This document shows positions 1-7,613 of a stretch of 64,000 nucleotides of DNA, piece after piece (position 1 is the first letter of the stretch; each line of letters starts with the position of its first letter). The DNA lies in the IMG/VR virus record IMGVR_UViG_3300047499_000113, positions 1-64,000 of that record; one strand, given 5' to 3'. Under the pieces are notes generated by a model. That model worked only from the letters and a program-made list of their open reading frames with translations. It was not told the DNA's origin and did no database searches. The position numbers and the translations under genes are program-made.

Positions 1-435
1 GTAGACGCGTACGAGCAAATACTGGTTGCTCCGCAGGTTGTGGCCCTTGATGACCTTCGCCATCTGGCCAGGGAAGAGCGGGAAGGAGACCGGGCCAGGG
101 ATGTTGACCTTGCGGCCGACCAGGAGATCCGCTTGCGACGCCTTGCCCTGACCGCTCGGGTGCTTGTGGTCACCCTTGTCCGTGTACGCCGGGTTCTTCA
201 GGACGACGTAGTAAGCCTCCGGGGCCGTCACGTGGGTGTGAACGGCGCGCTCGACGGGCGCGTCCAAGAACTTCTTGGTCTTCGGATCGAAGACGACGAG
301 CTTGTCGCCGTCACCGAGCGTGACCTTGGTGGGTCCGACGTAGACGTTGACCTCGCCTTTCGTGTTGTCCCGAACGTGGATCCACTCGTTGGGTGCGAGG
401 ACGATGTCCCTGTTCCTGCGGTCTTCTTCGGCCAT
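1..435 (-). CDS. Major vault protein (MVP)-like protein, N-terminal part (runs off left edge)
   Basis: Not in ORF track. ATG at 435 preceded by AAGGAGG; open to base 1. Translation MAEEDRRNRDIVLAPNEWIHVRDNTKGEVNVYVGPTKVTL...VTAPEAYYVVLKNP...GRKVNIPGPVSFPLFPGQMAKVIKGHNLRSNQYLLVRVY matches MVP N-terminal repeats (cf. recalled human MVP YIHVLDQNSNVSRVEVGP, VTVPPRHYCTVANP, PFPLYPGE). Confidence 0.8.
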   Translation of the reverse strand, partial: MAEEDRRNRDIVLAPNEWIHVRDNTKGEVNVYVGPTKVTLGDGDKLVVFDPKTKKFLDAPVERAVHTHVTAPEAYYVVLKNPAYTDKGDHKHPSGQGKASQADLLVGRKVNIPGPVSFPLFPGQMAKVIKGHNLRSNQYLLVRVY

Positions 436-477
436 GTGCGCCTCCTTGGGGGCAGATGCTGGAGGTTACACCGGCGT

Positions 478-828
478 CTAGGTCAGCATGACCTGCTCGA
501 CGATACTGTAGGGGCAGCCGTTGTCCGGGTGGATTTTCAGATGGTGCCTGGGCATATAGCACTCAGGGCAACAATCCGCGCTGTGGACAATTGCAGTGGG
601 GCCTTTGCCGTCAGGCCGAACTTCTGTGGGCAGGACGTGGATTTTCAGCCTGGGCCCAGACTCCGTCTTTTCCACGGAGATGGAAGCTTTGCCCACGAGC
701 AGGTCCCACTTCTCGATCTCCGTGAAGGCTTCGGCCAACACCGGCTTCAGGATTTCGAAAGCGGGCTCCTCGATGAGCCAGTCAGGGTCGGCTTCTACTT
801 CGGCGTTCCAATGGCTGATGACTGCCAC
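478..828 (-). CDS. Hypothetical protein with C-terminal Cys/His cluster (possible Zn finger)
   Basis: 116 aa ORF between DnaB and the MVP-like gene; CCPEC-x4-HH-x3-H-x4-C at the C-terminus. Confidence 0.65.
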   Translation of the reverse strand: MAVISHWNAEVEADPDWLIEEPAFEILKPVLAEAFTEIEKWDLLVGKASISVEKTESGPRLKIHVLPTEVRPDGKGPTAIVHSADCCPECYMPRHHLKIHPDNGCPYSIVEQVMLT

Positions 829-844
829 GAAGAGACGCTACCGG

Positions 845-2371
845 TCATGAGCCAGTCATCAGCATGTCGTCCATCGTGAGCGTCGTCGCCCGAAGGAGTG
901 CCTGGTCCGTATTCTTGTCCAGAAGACCCGACTCGATGTGGCGCATGCGCTTGGACTGCCAGATGATCTTACCTATCATCCTGTCGAAGATGGCGTTGTC
1001 ACGGTTCTTCATGCAGCCGAGGTAGAACTTGCCATCTTTACGGAGCTGCGGGTTCAAGTATGTGTACGTGATGACGTCGGCGTCCTGCTCGATGCGGTTG
1101 GCGTACGAAATGGCCTCGAACCCGTAGCGACCGTCTTCTTTGTCCGCTTTGACCTTGCCTTGACGGTTGATCTGGTAGAGACCGAAGACCGGCACCGTGC
1201 GGCCTCGAGCGAAGGACAGTGCCATCATGCGGCACTCGGACACGACGTTGTTGACGGCGTCGACCGTGCTCGTGGTCCGCACCTTCGACCTGAGCCAGCC
1301 CATGTGGTCGAGGACGATGCCATCGCAGCCCCACTTGTTGTGGAACATCTCGGCGCGGCGGTAGACATCTTCGACCGGGGTGCCTGTGATGGCTGACGCC
1401 GGTCTCCAGATGTAGAGCCTGCCGGGACACGTGGCCTTGAAGTCCTGCGCGACTATCTTGAGGCGCTGCTCGCCGAGTTCGTCCAGCTCGTAGTCTCGGA
1501 CCTTCTGGTAGTCGAGTCCGACGTAGCATTGATCCGGGGGCAGCCCGCGGCGCCTGTCCTGCTCGTACCAATCGGTGACGAACTTGCCGTGGGACGAGTG
1601 CACAACGAACAGCTGCCGGCGAAGCTGCTTATACGGCATTTCGAAGATGCCGTAGAAGATGTTGCGGCCGAACAAATACGCGTTGTTGTAGGCGTAGTTG
1701 AGCGCGAGAGTTGTCTTCAGTTCACCCGGGGCGGCGCAGTGGACCCAAAACTCGCCTGACCGGTGACCCTTACACACGGCGTCGACAGGCTCGAGCCCGA
1801 TGATGTTGCGTCCCGCGAACTTGCTGGTGAGCTTGCCTTTGTCGTACTCCTCGAGGAATTCCTCGGCGTCCTCCGTGACGATGCCCTCGAGCTTCTCGCC
1901 GGACTCGACGCGCGAGAAGTCCGACATCTTTTCGTAGATGAAGTTGATGGCGTCGTTGACGCCTTTGAGGACTTTCTTGCCGTTGATCGGCTTCTCGAGA
2001 TTGCGGCCGTGCTCGGCAATCGCTGAAGCGTCGCGCGCTGCAAGGATGAACGACTTGACCTGCTGTTGCTCTTGCTCGGAGCGGACGACTGACAGGAAGT
2101 TGGTGCGGATGTAGGGCTGGGCTTTCTTGAGTTCCTCCAGCCTCGTGCAGACCTCGACCTCATCCTGCTTCTCGAAGTAGTCGCGCACCAGGGTGAAATC
2201 TGGCGGCGCCGACATTTGGTTGAAGAAGGTCTTGAGGTACTGGTAGATCTTGCGGTCTTCCTCGTGCGGGTACTCAAGCTCATACTCTTGCAGGCGCATC
2301 CAGTTCTGGAGCGCTTCATCCACCTCGGGATGACCACCCACCTGCATGAGACTGCGGAGTATTCTATCCAC
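845..2371 (-). CDS. dnaB: Replicative DnaB-like (SF4) helicase
   Basis: Variant Walker A CAAPGELKTT, catalytic Glu in FEM, Walker B GIVLDH, QINR motif, IEQDAD, KNRD arginine finger. Confidence 0.85.
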   Translation of the reverse strand: MDRILRSLMQVGGHPEVDEALQNWMRLQEYELEYPHEEDRKIYQYLKTFFNQMSAPPDFTLVRDYFEKQDEVEVCTRLEELKKAQPYIRTNFLSVVRSEQEQQQVKSFILAARDASAIAEHGRNLEKPINGKKVLKGVNDAINFIYEKMSDFSRVESGEKLEGIVTEDAEEFLEEYDKGKLTSKFAGRNIIGLEPVDAVCKGHRSGEFWVHCAAPGELKTTLALNYAYNNAYLFGRNIFYGIFEMPYKQLRRQLFVVHSSHGKFVTDWYEQDRRRGLPPDQCYVGLDYQKVRDYELDELGEQRLKIVAQDFKATCPGRLYIWRPASAITGTPVEDVYRRAEMFHNKWGCDGIVLDHMGWLRSKVRTTSTVDAVNNVVSECRMMALSFARGRTVPVFGLYQINRQGKVKADKEDGRYGFEAISYANRIEQDADVITYTYLNPQLRKDGKFYLGCMKNRDNAIFDRMIGKIIWQSKRMRHIESGLLDKNTDQALLRATTLTMDDMLMTGS

Positions 2372-3219
2372 TAGAACCTCTTGCTCGGCTTGACGCCCTT
2401 ACCGAAGTTTTCGAACCCTGACGGCATTTCATCGGGCGCATCGGGCACAGACCGGATTTGCCTGACTGGAGCCTTCGGCTTAGGCGAAGGAGACGCTACC
2501 GGTTCCTTTCTTGGGGTAGGGGCTGGACTCGGACTGGCATGTACAGGCTCTGGAGCGAGCGGGCTGCTCTCGAGCGATGTTGGCGGCGGAGGTACGTAAT
2601 TGTCCGGCAGAATCGCTTCGACCCGGACTTGAACGAGGGAGCGCAGGATGGCGCCAATGGTCTCGGACCAAGCGAAACTGCTATCGTGGAAAGGCTCGCG
2701 TTTGTCCGACACCATCCACAGGGGTTGCTTGCGGTCGAGCCTGTAGCACATCGCCTCTTCGAGAGCACCAGAGGCGGCCCGGTTCTTGGACTTGAGTTCG
2801 TTGAGCTTGATGAGGAGAAGGTCCGGGGATTTGACCAAGTCCTCGATGTTGTTGTAGACAGGCTCTTTGCTGAACTCACCACGAGCCTTGGACGACGTCG
2901 ACCCGACGTAAACGTCGCGGATTTCGCGGTCAGACGTGATGCGGACGAACTTGTTGCTATACTTGATCATGACGAGCTTGATGAAAGCTCGCATGTCAGC
3001 CTGGTAGGCCGTGATGTGCAGCGATCTGTTGATGGCGTCCATCAGGCGCGTCTTGCCGTCCGGAAGAAGCGCCCTGATATGGCCCTCGAGGACCGGGGCC
3101 GTGCGGATGAAGGCGGGCATGGCCGCAGCGATGCGCCGAAGCTCGGCGCACTCGCATTCGTAGAGCTTTCCCTCGCGCTCTACGACGCCTTGTCCTCCGC
3201 AAATCGCACAGGCAGCCAC
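2371..3219 (-). CDS. DnaC/IstB-like helicase-loader homologue, degenerate ATPase
   Basis: N-terminal Zn motif CAICGGQG...CEC; PDLLLIKL at the Walker B position; R..RKQPLWMVSD segment; overlaps dnaB start; no intact P-loop. Confidence 0.6.
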   Translation of the reverse strand: MAACAICGGQGVVEREGKLYECECAELRRIAAAMPAFIRTAPVLEGHIRALLPDGKTRLMDAINRSLHITAYQADMRAFIKLVMIKYSNKFVRITSDREIRDVYVGSTSSKARGEFSKEPVYNNIEDLVKSPDLLLIKLNELKSKNRAASGALEEAMCYRLDRKQPLWMVSDKREPFHDSSFAWSETIGAILRSLVQVRVEAILPDNYVPPPPTSLESSPLAPEPVHASPSPAPTPRKEPVASPSPKPKAPVRQIRSVPDAPDEMPSGFENFGKGVKPSKRF

Positions 3220-3230
3220 GGGCCGGGACC

Positions 3231-5303
3231 TTACACGTCCGAAAAGTCAATCGCGATGTCGGCGATCTTGTAGTTATCCTCAGCAACAGTTGTAAATGAC
3301 TGCTTGGCGGTTGACTTCTTGACTTTCTTGGCTTTGACGGGCGTCTTGGACTTGTCGGTGAGCAGACCCTGGAGAACGTCCTGCAGAGCGTTCTGCTCCA
3401 CGAACTTGAGGCCATCCTTGAGATTCTCGCCGGCGACTTTGTCCGCGAGCTTCTTCTTGGTCCGCAGGGCTTTGAGTACCTGGTGGTCGATGGTCTTGCT
3501 TTCATCACGCTTGCGGCCGAGGAAGTGATGGGCGACCACCATCTTGTGCAGCGAGCCGATGCGAAGCGCGCGTCCGATGAGCTGCAAGTAATCGCCCCAG
3601 CTCCACGGCAGGTCGAGCAAGCCGAAGTGCTCGGCTGAGTGCAGGTTGAGGCTTTCCGAGCCGGCGGTCGTGATGAGGATGACGTTCACGCCGGAGTTCA
3701 TGTCCTGGAACATCGCACGGTTCTTGTCGCGAACCTGTGCGTTGTTCTCTTTGCCCGTAATGCGCGTGCAGGCGATGTCCTTGTCCTTCAGGGCCTTCTC
3801 GACGAGCGAAATCATGCGCTCGAACTTCGAGAACACGATGACCTTCTGATCGGCCGCCTCGGTCTGCAGAAGCTCGATGAGTGCATCGATCTTGGACGAC
3901 GGGCCCTTGTACGGCTCGCCGTTCTCGTCCATCAGCAGCTCGGGCGAATCGCACGCCTGCTGGCACATCACCATCGCCGACAGAAGCTCGGAGTCGGACG
4001 TGTCCGGGTCGTTGTTCTTGTTGATGAGCCCGTTCTCGGCCAGGTCATACAGCTCTTCCTGCAGCTCGGTCAGCTCGCACTCGATCTCCATCGAGACAAG
4101 CTCCGGAAGCTCCTTGGCCACGTCGTGCTTTTTGCGCGACAGGTAGTAGGGCTCGATTATCTCGACAAACTTCTCGAGGTTCTTGTACCCGACGACCAGC
4201 AGGACGTTGCGCCCTCCGCCGATGGACTGCAATCTCGTGACGCAGAACTGCTCGTGGAAATGCGAGATCTTGGGGAAGAGCGACGGTTGCAGAATCCGGA
4301 AGAGGCTCCAGAATTCCATGAGTCGGTTCTTGACTGGCGTCGCCGTCAGGCCGTAGGCGCGCTGGGCCACCTTCGCCAGCATTGCCGTCTTCTCGTGGAA
4401 CTGGCTCTTGTGATTCTTGAGTTTGTGCATCTCATCCATGACGAGAAGGAACTTCAGATGCGGATGAGCCTTTCGCATCTTCTGCACGTAGTCGATGATC
4501 CCCGGAACCTTCTTCGGGGGAGCGAACTCGTCGCGCAGCGCCTTGAGCTTGGCCTCCGCGTCTACGGCTGACTGCCTCCGCTCGAGGTAAGCTGTGAAGA
4601 CCTGCGCGTCCGCTTCCGTGAACATGCTGGGCGGCTGCGGCTTCGTCTCGTAATTGACGAAATCCGCCAGGTATTGGTGCACCTGCCACGGGTGCTCACG
4701 GAAGTAGGCGTCGAACTTCTCCTTCTCAGCTTCGAAAAGGGTCGCCGCTTCTTTGCTCGCCGCTCGAGCGGCGTCCAATTCCTTCTGGAAGCCCTTGCGC
4801 GGTGACTTGCCCTTCTCCTTGATCACCGCCTCGTGCATGTCGTACATGATCATGTCGTACGACAAGATCAGCAGGCGTTTCTTGTCCGGGTCGTACGTGG
4901 AAAAGAACTGCTCGTAGATTTCGTGCCGGCGAAAGGGTGAGCCGTGGACTGTGACGGCCTCCATGCCCTGCATGAAGCGCTTCGTCTCGCCTTCCCACTG
5001 GAAGAGTGCCGACTTTGTGGTGATGATGATAGGAACGTATTCCGGCTCCTTCATCCAAATGTAGCCGATGGTCGACAGGACCTCGAGCGTCTTGCCGAGG
5101 CCGGTGTCGTCTCCGAGGAGCATGCGCTCGACTTGGAGCATGTTGAGGACGCCCTGCGCCTGGTAGACGCGCAGCTTGACGTCCCTCTCGTCGCCGTACT
5201 CATCCGTGTACTTTTCCCTAAGATAGGGAGACGGCTTGAGCGCCAGATCCGGCTTGGTCCGAATCTGTCGGATTTTGGCGAGAAGATCGGGTGAGATCAT
5301 CAC
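3231..5303 (-). CDS. SNF2-family (SF2) helicase/ATPase
   Basis: LGDDTGLGKT (I), VMDEMH (II), LTATPVKN (III), KVIVFS (IV), AGSESLNL (V), QLIGRALRIG (VI). Confidence 0.9.
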   Translation of the reverse strand: MMISPDLLAKIRQIRTKPDLALKPSPYLREKYTDEYGDERDVKLRVYQAQGVLNMLQVERMLLGDDTGLGKTLEVLSTIGYIWMKEPEYVPIIITTKSALFQWEGETKRFMQGMEAVTVHGSPFRRHEIYEQFFSTYDPDKKRLLILSYDMIMYDMHEAVIKEKGKSPRKGFQKELDAARAASKEAATLFEAEKEKFDAYFREHPWQVHQYLADFVNYETKPQPPSMFTEADAQVFTAYLERRQSAVDAEAKLKALRDEFAPPKKVPGIIDYVQKMRKAHPHLKFLLVMDEMHKLKNHKSQFHEKTAMLAKVAQRAYGLTATPVKNRLMEFWSLFRILQPSLFPKISHFHEQFCVTRLQSIGGGRNVLLVVGYKNLEKFVEIIEPYYLSRKKHDVAKELPELVSMEIECELTELQEELYDLAENGLINKNNDPDTSDSELLSAMVMCQQACDSPELLMDENGEPYKGPSSKIDALIELLQTEAADQKVIVFSKFERMISLVEKALKDKDIACTRITGKENNAQVRDKNRAMFQDMNSGVNVILITTAGSESLNLHSAEHFGLLDLPWSWGDYLQLIGRALRIGSLHKMVVAHHFLGRKRDESKTIDHQVLKALRTKKKLADKVAGENLKDGLKFVEQNALQDVLQGLLTDKSKTPVKAKKVKKSTAKQSFTTVAEDNYKIADIAIDFSDV

Positions 5304-5311
5304 CCGATCTT
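5283..5311. promoter_or_regulatory. Perfect 12-bp inverted repeat over the SNF2 start codon
   Basis: AAGATCGGGTGA (5283-5294), 5-nt loop, TCACCCGATCTT (5300-5311); contains the GTG/ATG start. Confidence 0.6.
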
Positions 5312-5326
5312 ACAACTATCGAAGCG

Positions 5327-5767
5327 TCAGTGCTTGGAAGCGCCGCCGCAGTTCCAGCCCATTGCCTGCACGTCAGCCGAGGTCTTGGCACCGAGCAGAT
5401 CGTTGCAGGTGAGGCCCTGCTGGGTCTTGGGGTTGCGGATGACGCGGTTGGCCTGCGCGAGCGACAGAACCTTGGCGCAATCCGCCTGCTGGGCGCAGCC
5501 CATGGCGGCCATCTGAGCGCATGCCTTGGCGCACGGATCCGTGGGAGCCGGAGGAGCTGCATCCTGCGCCGGAGTCGGAGCGGGAGCTGCATCGACCGCA
5601 GGCGTCGGCGTGGGGGCCGAATCCATGGTCGGGACAGGCGGCGGAGGGCTTCCGTCGGGTCCTCCGTCCGGTGCCGGTGGGTTGGGCGGGGTCGGAGGGC
5701 ACCCCGCCATGCCGAGCGTCGACACGGCCAGGAAGAGCCCGAGAAGGGGGATCGCTGTCTTCTTCAT
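5327..5767 (-). CDS. Lipoprotein with Pro-rich linker and Cys-rich C-terminal domain
   Basis: Likely start ATG 5767 (MKKTAIPLLGLFLAVSTLGMAGC, lipobox), overlapping the peptidase stop; PPTPPNPPAPDGG linker; six Cys in the C-terminal domain. Confidence 0.75.
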   Translation of the reverse strand: MKKTAIPLLGLFLAVSTLGMAGCPPTPPNPPAPDGGPDGSPPPPVPTMDSAPTPTPAVDAAPAPTPAQDAAPPAPTDPCAKACAQMAAMGCAQQADCAKVLSLAQANRVIRNPKTQQGLTCNDLLGAKTSADVQAMGWNCGGASKH

Positions 5768-6636
5768 CACGCAGCCGCCTTCTGGACCTGGACGTCCATC
5801 ACGTAAAGCTCCCAGGCCGCCTTGACCCACGCCTCGGAAACGAGGCAGCGACCGTTGTCACACCAGCCGGTACCCCAGCTGTTGGTGAGGATGAAGGTGC
5901 GGGTTCCGTCCGCGTTGGTGGTGTAGCCCGACAGGTAGATGGCGTGGCCACCGCCGTTCGGGTCGTTCGTGTTCGGAGGCTGCGCCACCTGGCCCGGCTG
6001 CAGCTGCTCGAACGCCGTGTCGACGAACGCCGCGACGTAGACCGGGAAACCGGCGGCGAGAGCCGCAGCCACCTGATCCGAAACGTTCGCTGCACTCGGG
6101 TCGATGGCGTACTCGCCCGTGACGATGGTGGTGCCAGCTGCCTGGAGCTGGTTGGCGTCCACCTCGTTGTTGACGTTCGCCGGCTGAGCCGTCGTGTCAG
6201 CATCCGACCAGATGTCGGAGTTGCGGCCGTCCGGAGTCGGGCCCTGCATCGGAGCAACGCCGAACTGCGCGCATGCCGTGAACACGTCCGCGGGCTCGGC
6301 GCCCGAGTCGGTGAGAAGCGGCAGGGGCTGACCCGCCGGCGTCTGCGCCGCGCGCTCGATTCCTCGAGTAGCGGCGTACGTCTCGCGCGGCGAAGGCTCG
6401 AACCCGATCTGGATGCCCGCCTTGCGGCAAGCTGTGGAGGTGCTGCCCGACAGCGAGTGCGCCGTGCAGGAGCCCGTCTGGCCCTGATCGAGCCGCGGGG
6501 GCTCCCACTGGGACAGGTCGACGGACGCCGGAACGGTGGCCGCAAGGAGTGCGGCAATCGCCGGGTGGGTGGCCGCCGCTTTCTTGGAGGCGACCTTCGA
6601 CGGATGACTGCGCTTTGCACCCTTTGCGAACGGCAT
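5767..6636 (-). CDS. Papain-family (C1A) cysteine peptidase
   Basis: DQGQTGSCTAH (oxyanion Gln plus catalytic Cys), GGHAIYLSGY (His), TNSWGTGW (Asn); PASVDL mature N-terminus after a short basic propeptide. Confidence 0.9.
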   Translation of the reverse strand: MPFAKGAKRSHPSKVASKKAAATHPAIAALLAATVPASVDLSQWEPPRLDQGQTGSCTAHSLSGSTSTACRKAGIQIGFEPSPRETYAATRGIERAAQTPAGQPLPLLTDSGAEPADVFTACAQFGVAPMQGPTPDGRNSDIWSDADTTAQPANVNNEVDANQLQAAGTTIVTGEYAIDPSAANVSDQVAAALAAGFPVYVAAFVDTAFEQLQPGQVAQPPNTNDPNGGGHAIYLSGYTTNADGTRTFILTNSWGTGWCDNGRCLVSEAWVKAAWELYVMDVQVQKAAA

Positions 6637-7059
6637 TTACTTGGCTCCCGCTGCCTTCTGGGCTCGGACGTTGGACTGCAGCGTCTTGAAGTTCGCGAGG
6701 AGAGAGACCGACACGCAATTGGGCAGGCCGTACGCCGGCTTGCCGGAACCACATTTCATGTCGCTCGCCGCCACGGCCGCGCCAGCTTCCTGCGGCTGGT
6801 CGTAGTAATTGATGATGCTGGCGATGATCTGCTCGACATCAGCCAGGGTCGAGCCGATGCACGCGCCGGTGATCTTGAGCGGGTCGGTCACGCCTTGGAA
6901 CATCTCGGCGATGACGCAGCTGGCGATCTGGCCAACGTCCGTCGTCACCTGGCCGCTATTGCTGGCCCACCAGCCACAGCCAGTCTGCGTTGCTGTGGTG
7001 CCGCCGATAGCGACACCCATACCCACGATGATTGCGATTGGAGCCAGTTTGCGAATCAC
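6637..7059 (-). CDS. Putative lipoprotein / membrane-anchored protein
   Basis: MIRKLAPIAIIVGMGVAIGG...QTGC signal with lipobox-like Cys; further Cys pairs; coupled to both neighbours. Confidence 0.65.
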   Translation of the reverse strand: MIRKLAPIAIIVGMGVAIGGTTATQTGCGWWASNSGQVTTDVGQIASCVIAEMFQGVTDPLKITGACIGSTLADVEQIIASIINYYDQPQEAGAAVAASDMKCGSGKPAYGLPNCVSVSLLANFKTLQSNVRAQKAAGAK

Positions 7060-7508
7060 TTGCCACCTCCATCAGCCGCCGGCGCAGCAGGTGCCGGGGT
7101 GGGCGTTTTGCCCTGGGAAGACTTGTGCGCGATGAGGTGGGCATGGCACGCAGCGCCCGCGCCAGCTGACGACAGCGCCATGACGCCAGCGATGATGGCG
7201 TTCAGAATGGACGAGCCGTTGACACCGGAAGCGCCCTGCAGCGACAGACCGAAGGCCGTCAGGAATGAACCAGCCAGAGTCAGGTAGGGGATCCACGCCT
7301 TAGGCGTGGTCGCGACCCCGAAGAGACTGCCAGTGTTGACGGCCTGTCCAATGAAGCCCGCGAGCAGAGCGACGATGGTCACGATCGCCGTCTGTGTCGA
7401 AATCGTGACAGCCGCAGCGGGGGCCGCAGTCTGCGCGAAAGCGAGGCTCGCGAAGGACATGACGACGCCGAAAGTGAGGGCGAACGTCAGGGTAGATCGG
7501 AACTTCAT
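7056..7508 (-). CDS. Holin-like multi-pass membrane protein
   Basis: 150 aa; signal-like N-terminus and three hydrophobic segments (AIVTIVALLAGFIG, KAWIPYLTLAGSFLTAFGL, ILNAIIAGVMAL); GAGG RBS; first gene of the cassette downstream of the tail genes. Confidence 0.55.
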   Translation of the reverse strand: MKFRSTLTFALTFGVVMSFASLAFAQTAAPAAAVTISTQTAIVTIVALLAGFIGQAVNTGSLFGVATTPKAWIPYLTLAGSFLTAFGLSLQGASGVNGSSILNAIIAGVMALSSAGAGAACHAHLIAHKSSQGKTPTPAPAAPAADGGGK

Positions 7509-7537
7509 GGGAAATACCTCGCCCCAGGAGGCCCATG
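7506..7537 (-). promoter_or_regulatory. Stem-loop sequestering RBS and ATG of the holin-like gene
   Basis: Minus strand CATGGG-CCTC-CTGGGGC-GAGG-TATTT-CCCATG: CATGGG/CCCATG and CCTC/GAGG pair. Confidence 0.4.
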
Positions 7538-7546
7538 AAAGTTCTA
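7535..7546 (-). promoter_or_regulatory. Candidate late-promoter motif TAG-N7-AT
   Basis: TAGAACTTTCAT; the same pattern recurs upstream of several structural genes. Confidence 0.45.
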
Positions 7547-7613
7547 GCCGCTTACGGGGTACAGCCGTAAATCCAGAAGGGGATTATGTAGCCAATTGGA
7601 GGAGATAGAACAA

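Noticed and set aside
40-879. 279 aa plus-strand ORF
   Set aside because: Antisense shadow of the MVP-like gene and 478..828, which have a clear RBS and/or protein-like sequence.
845-5303. Inteins in DnaB or SNF2
   Set aside because: No C/S...HN-C/S/T splice junctions or LAGLIDADG blocks; the SNF2 insert is helical.
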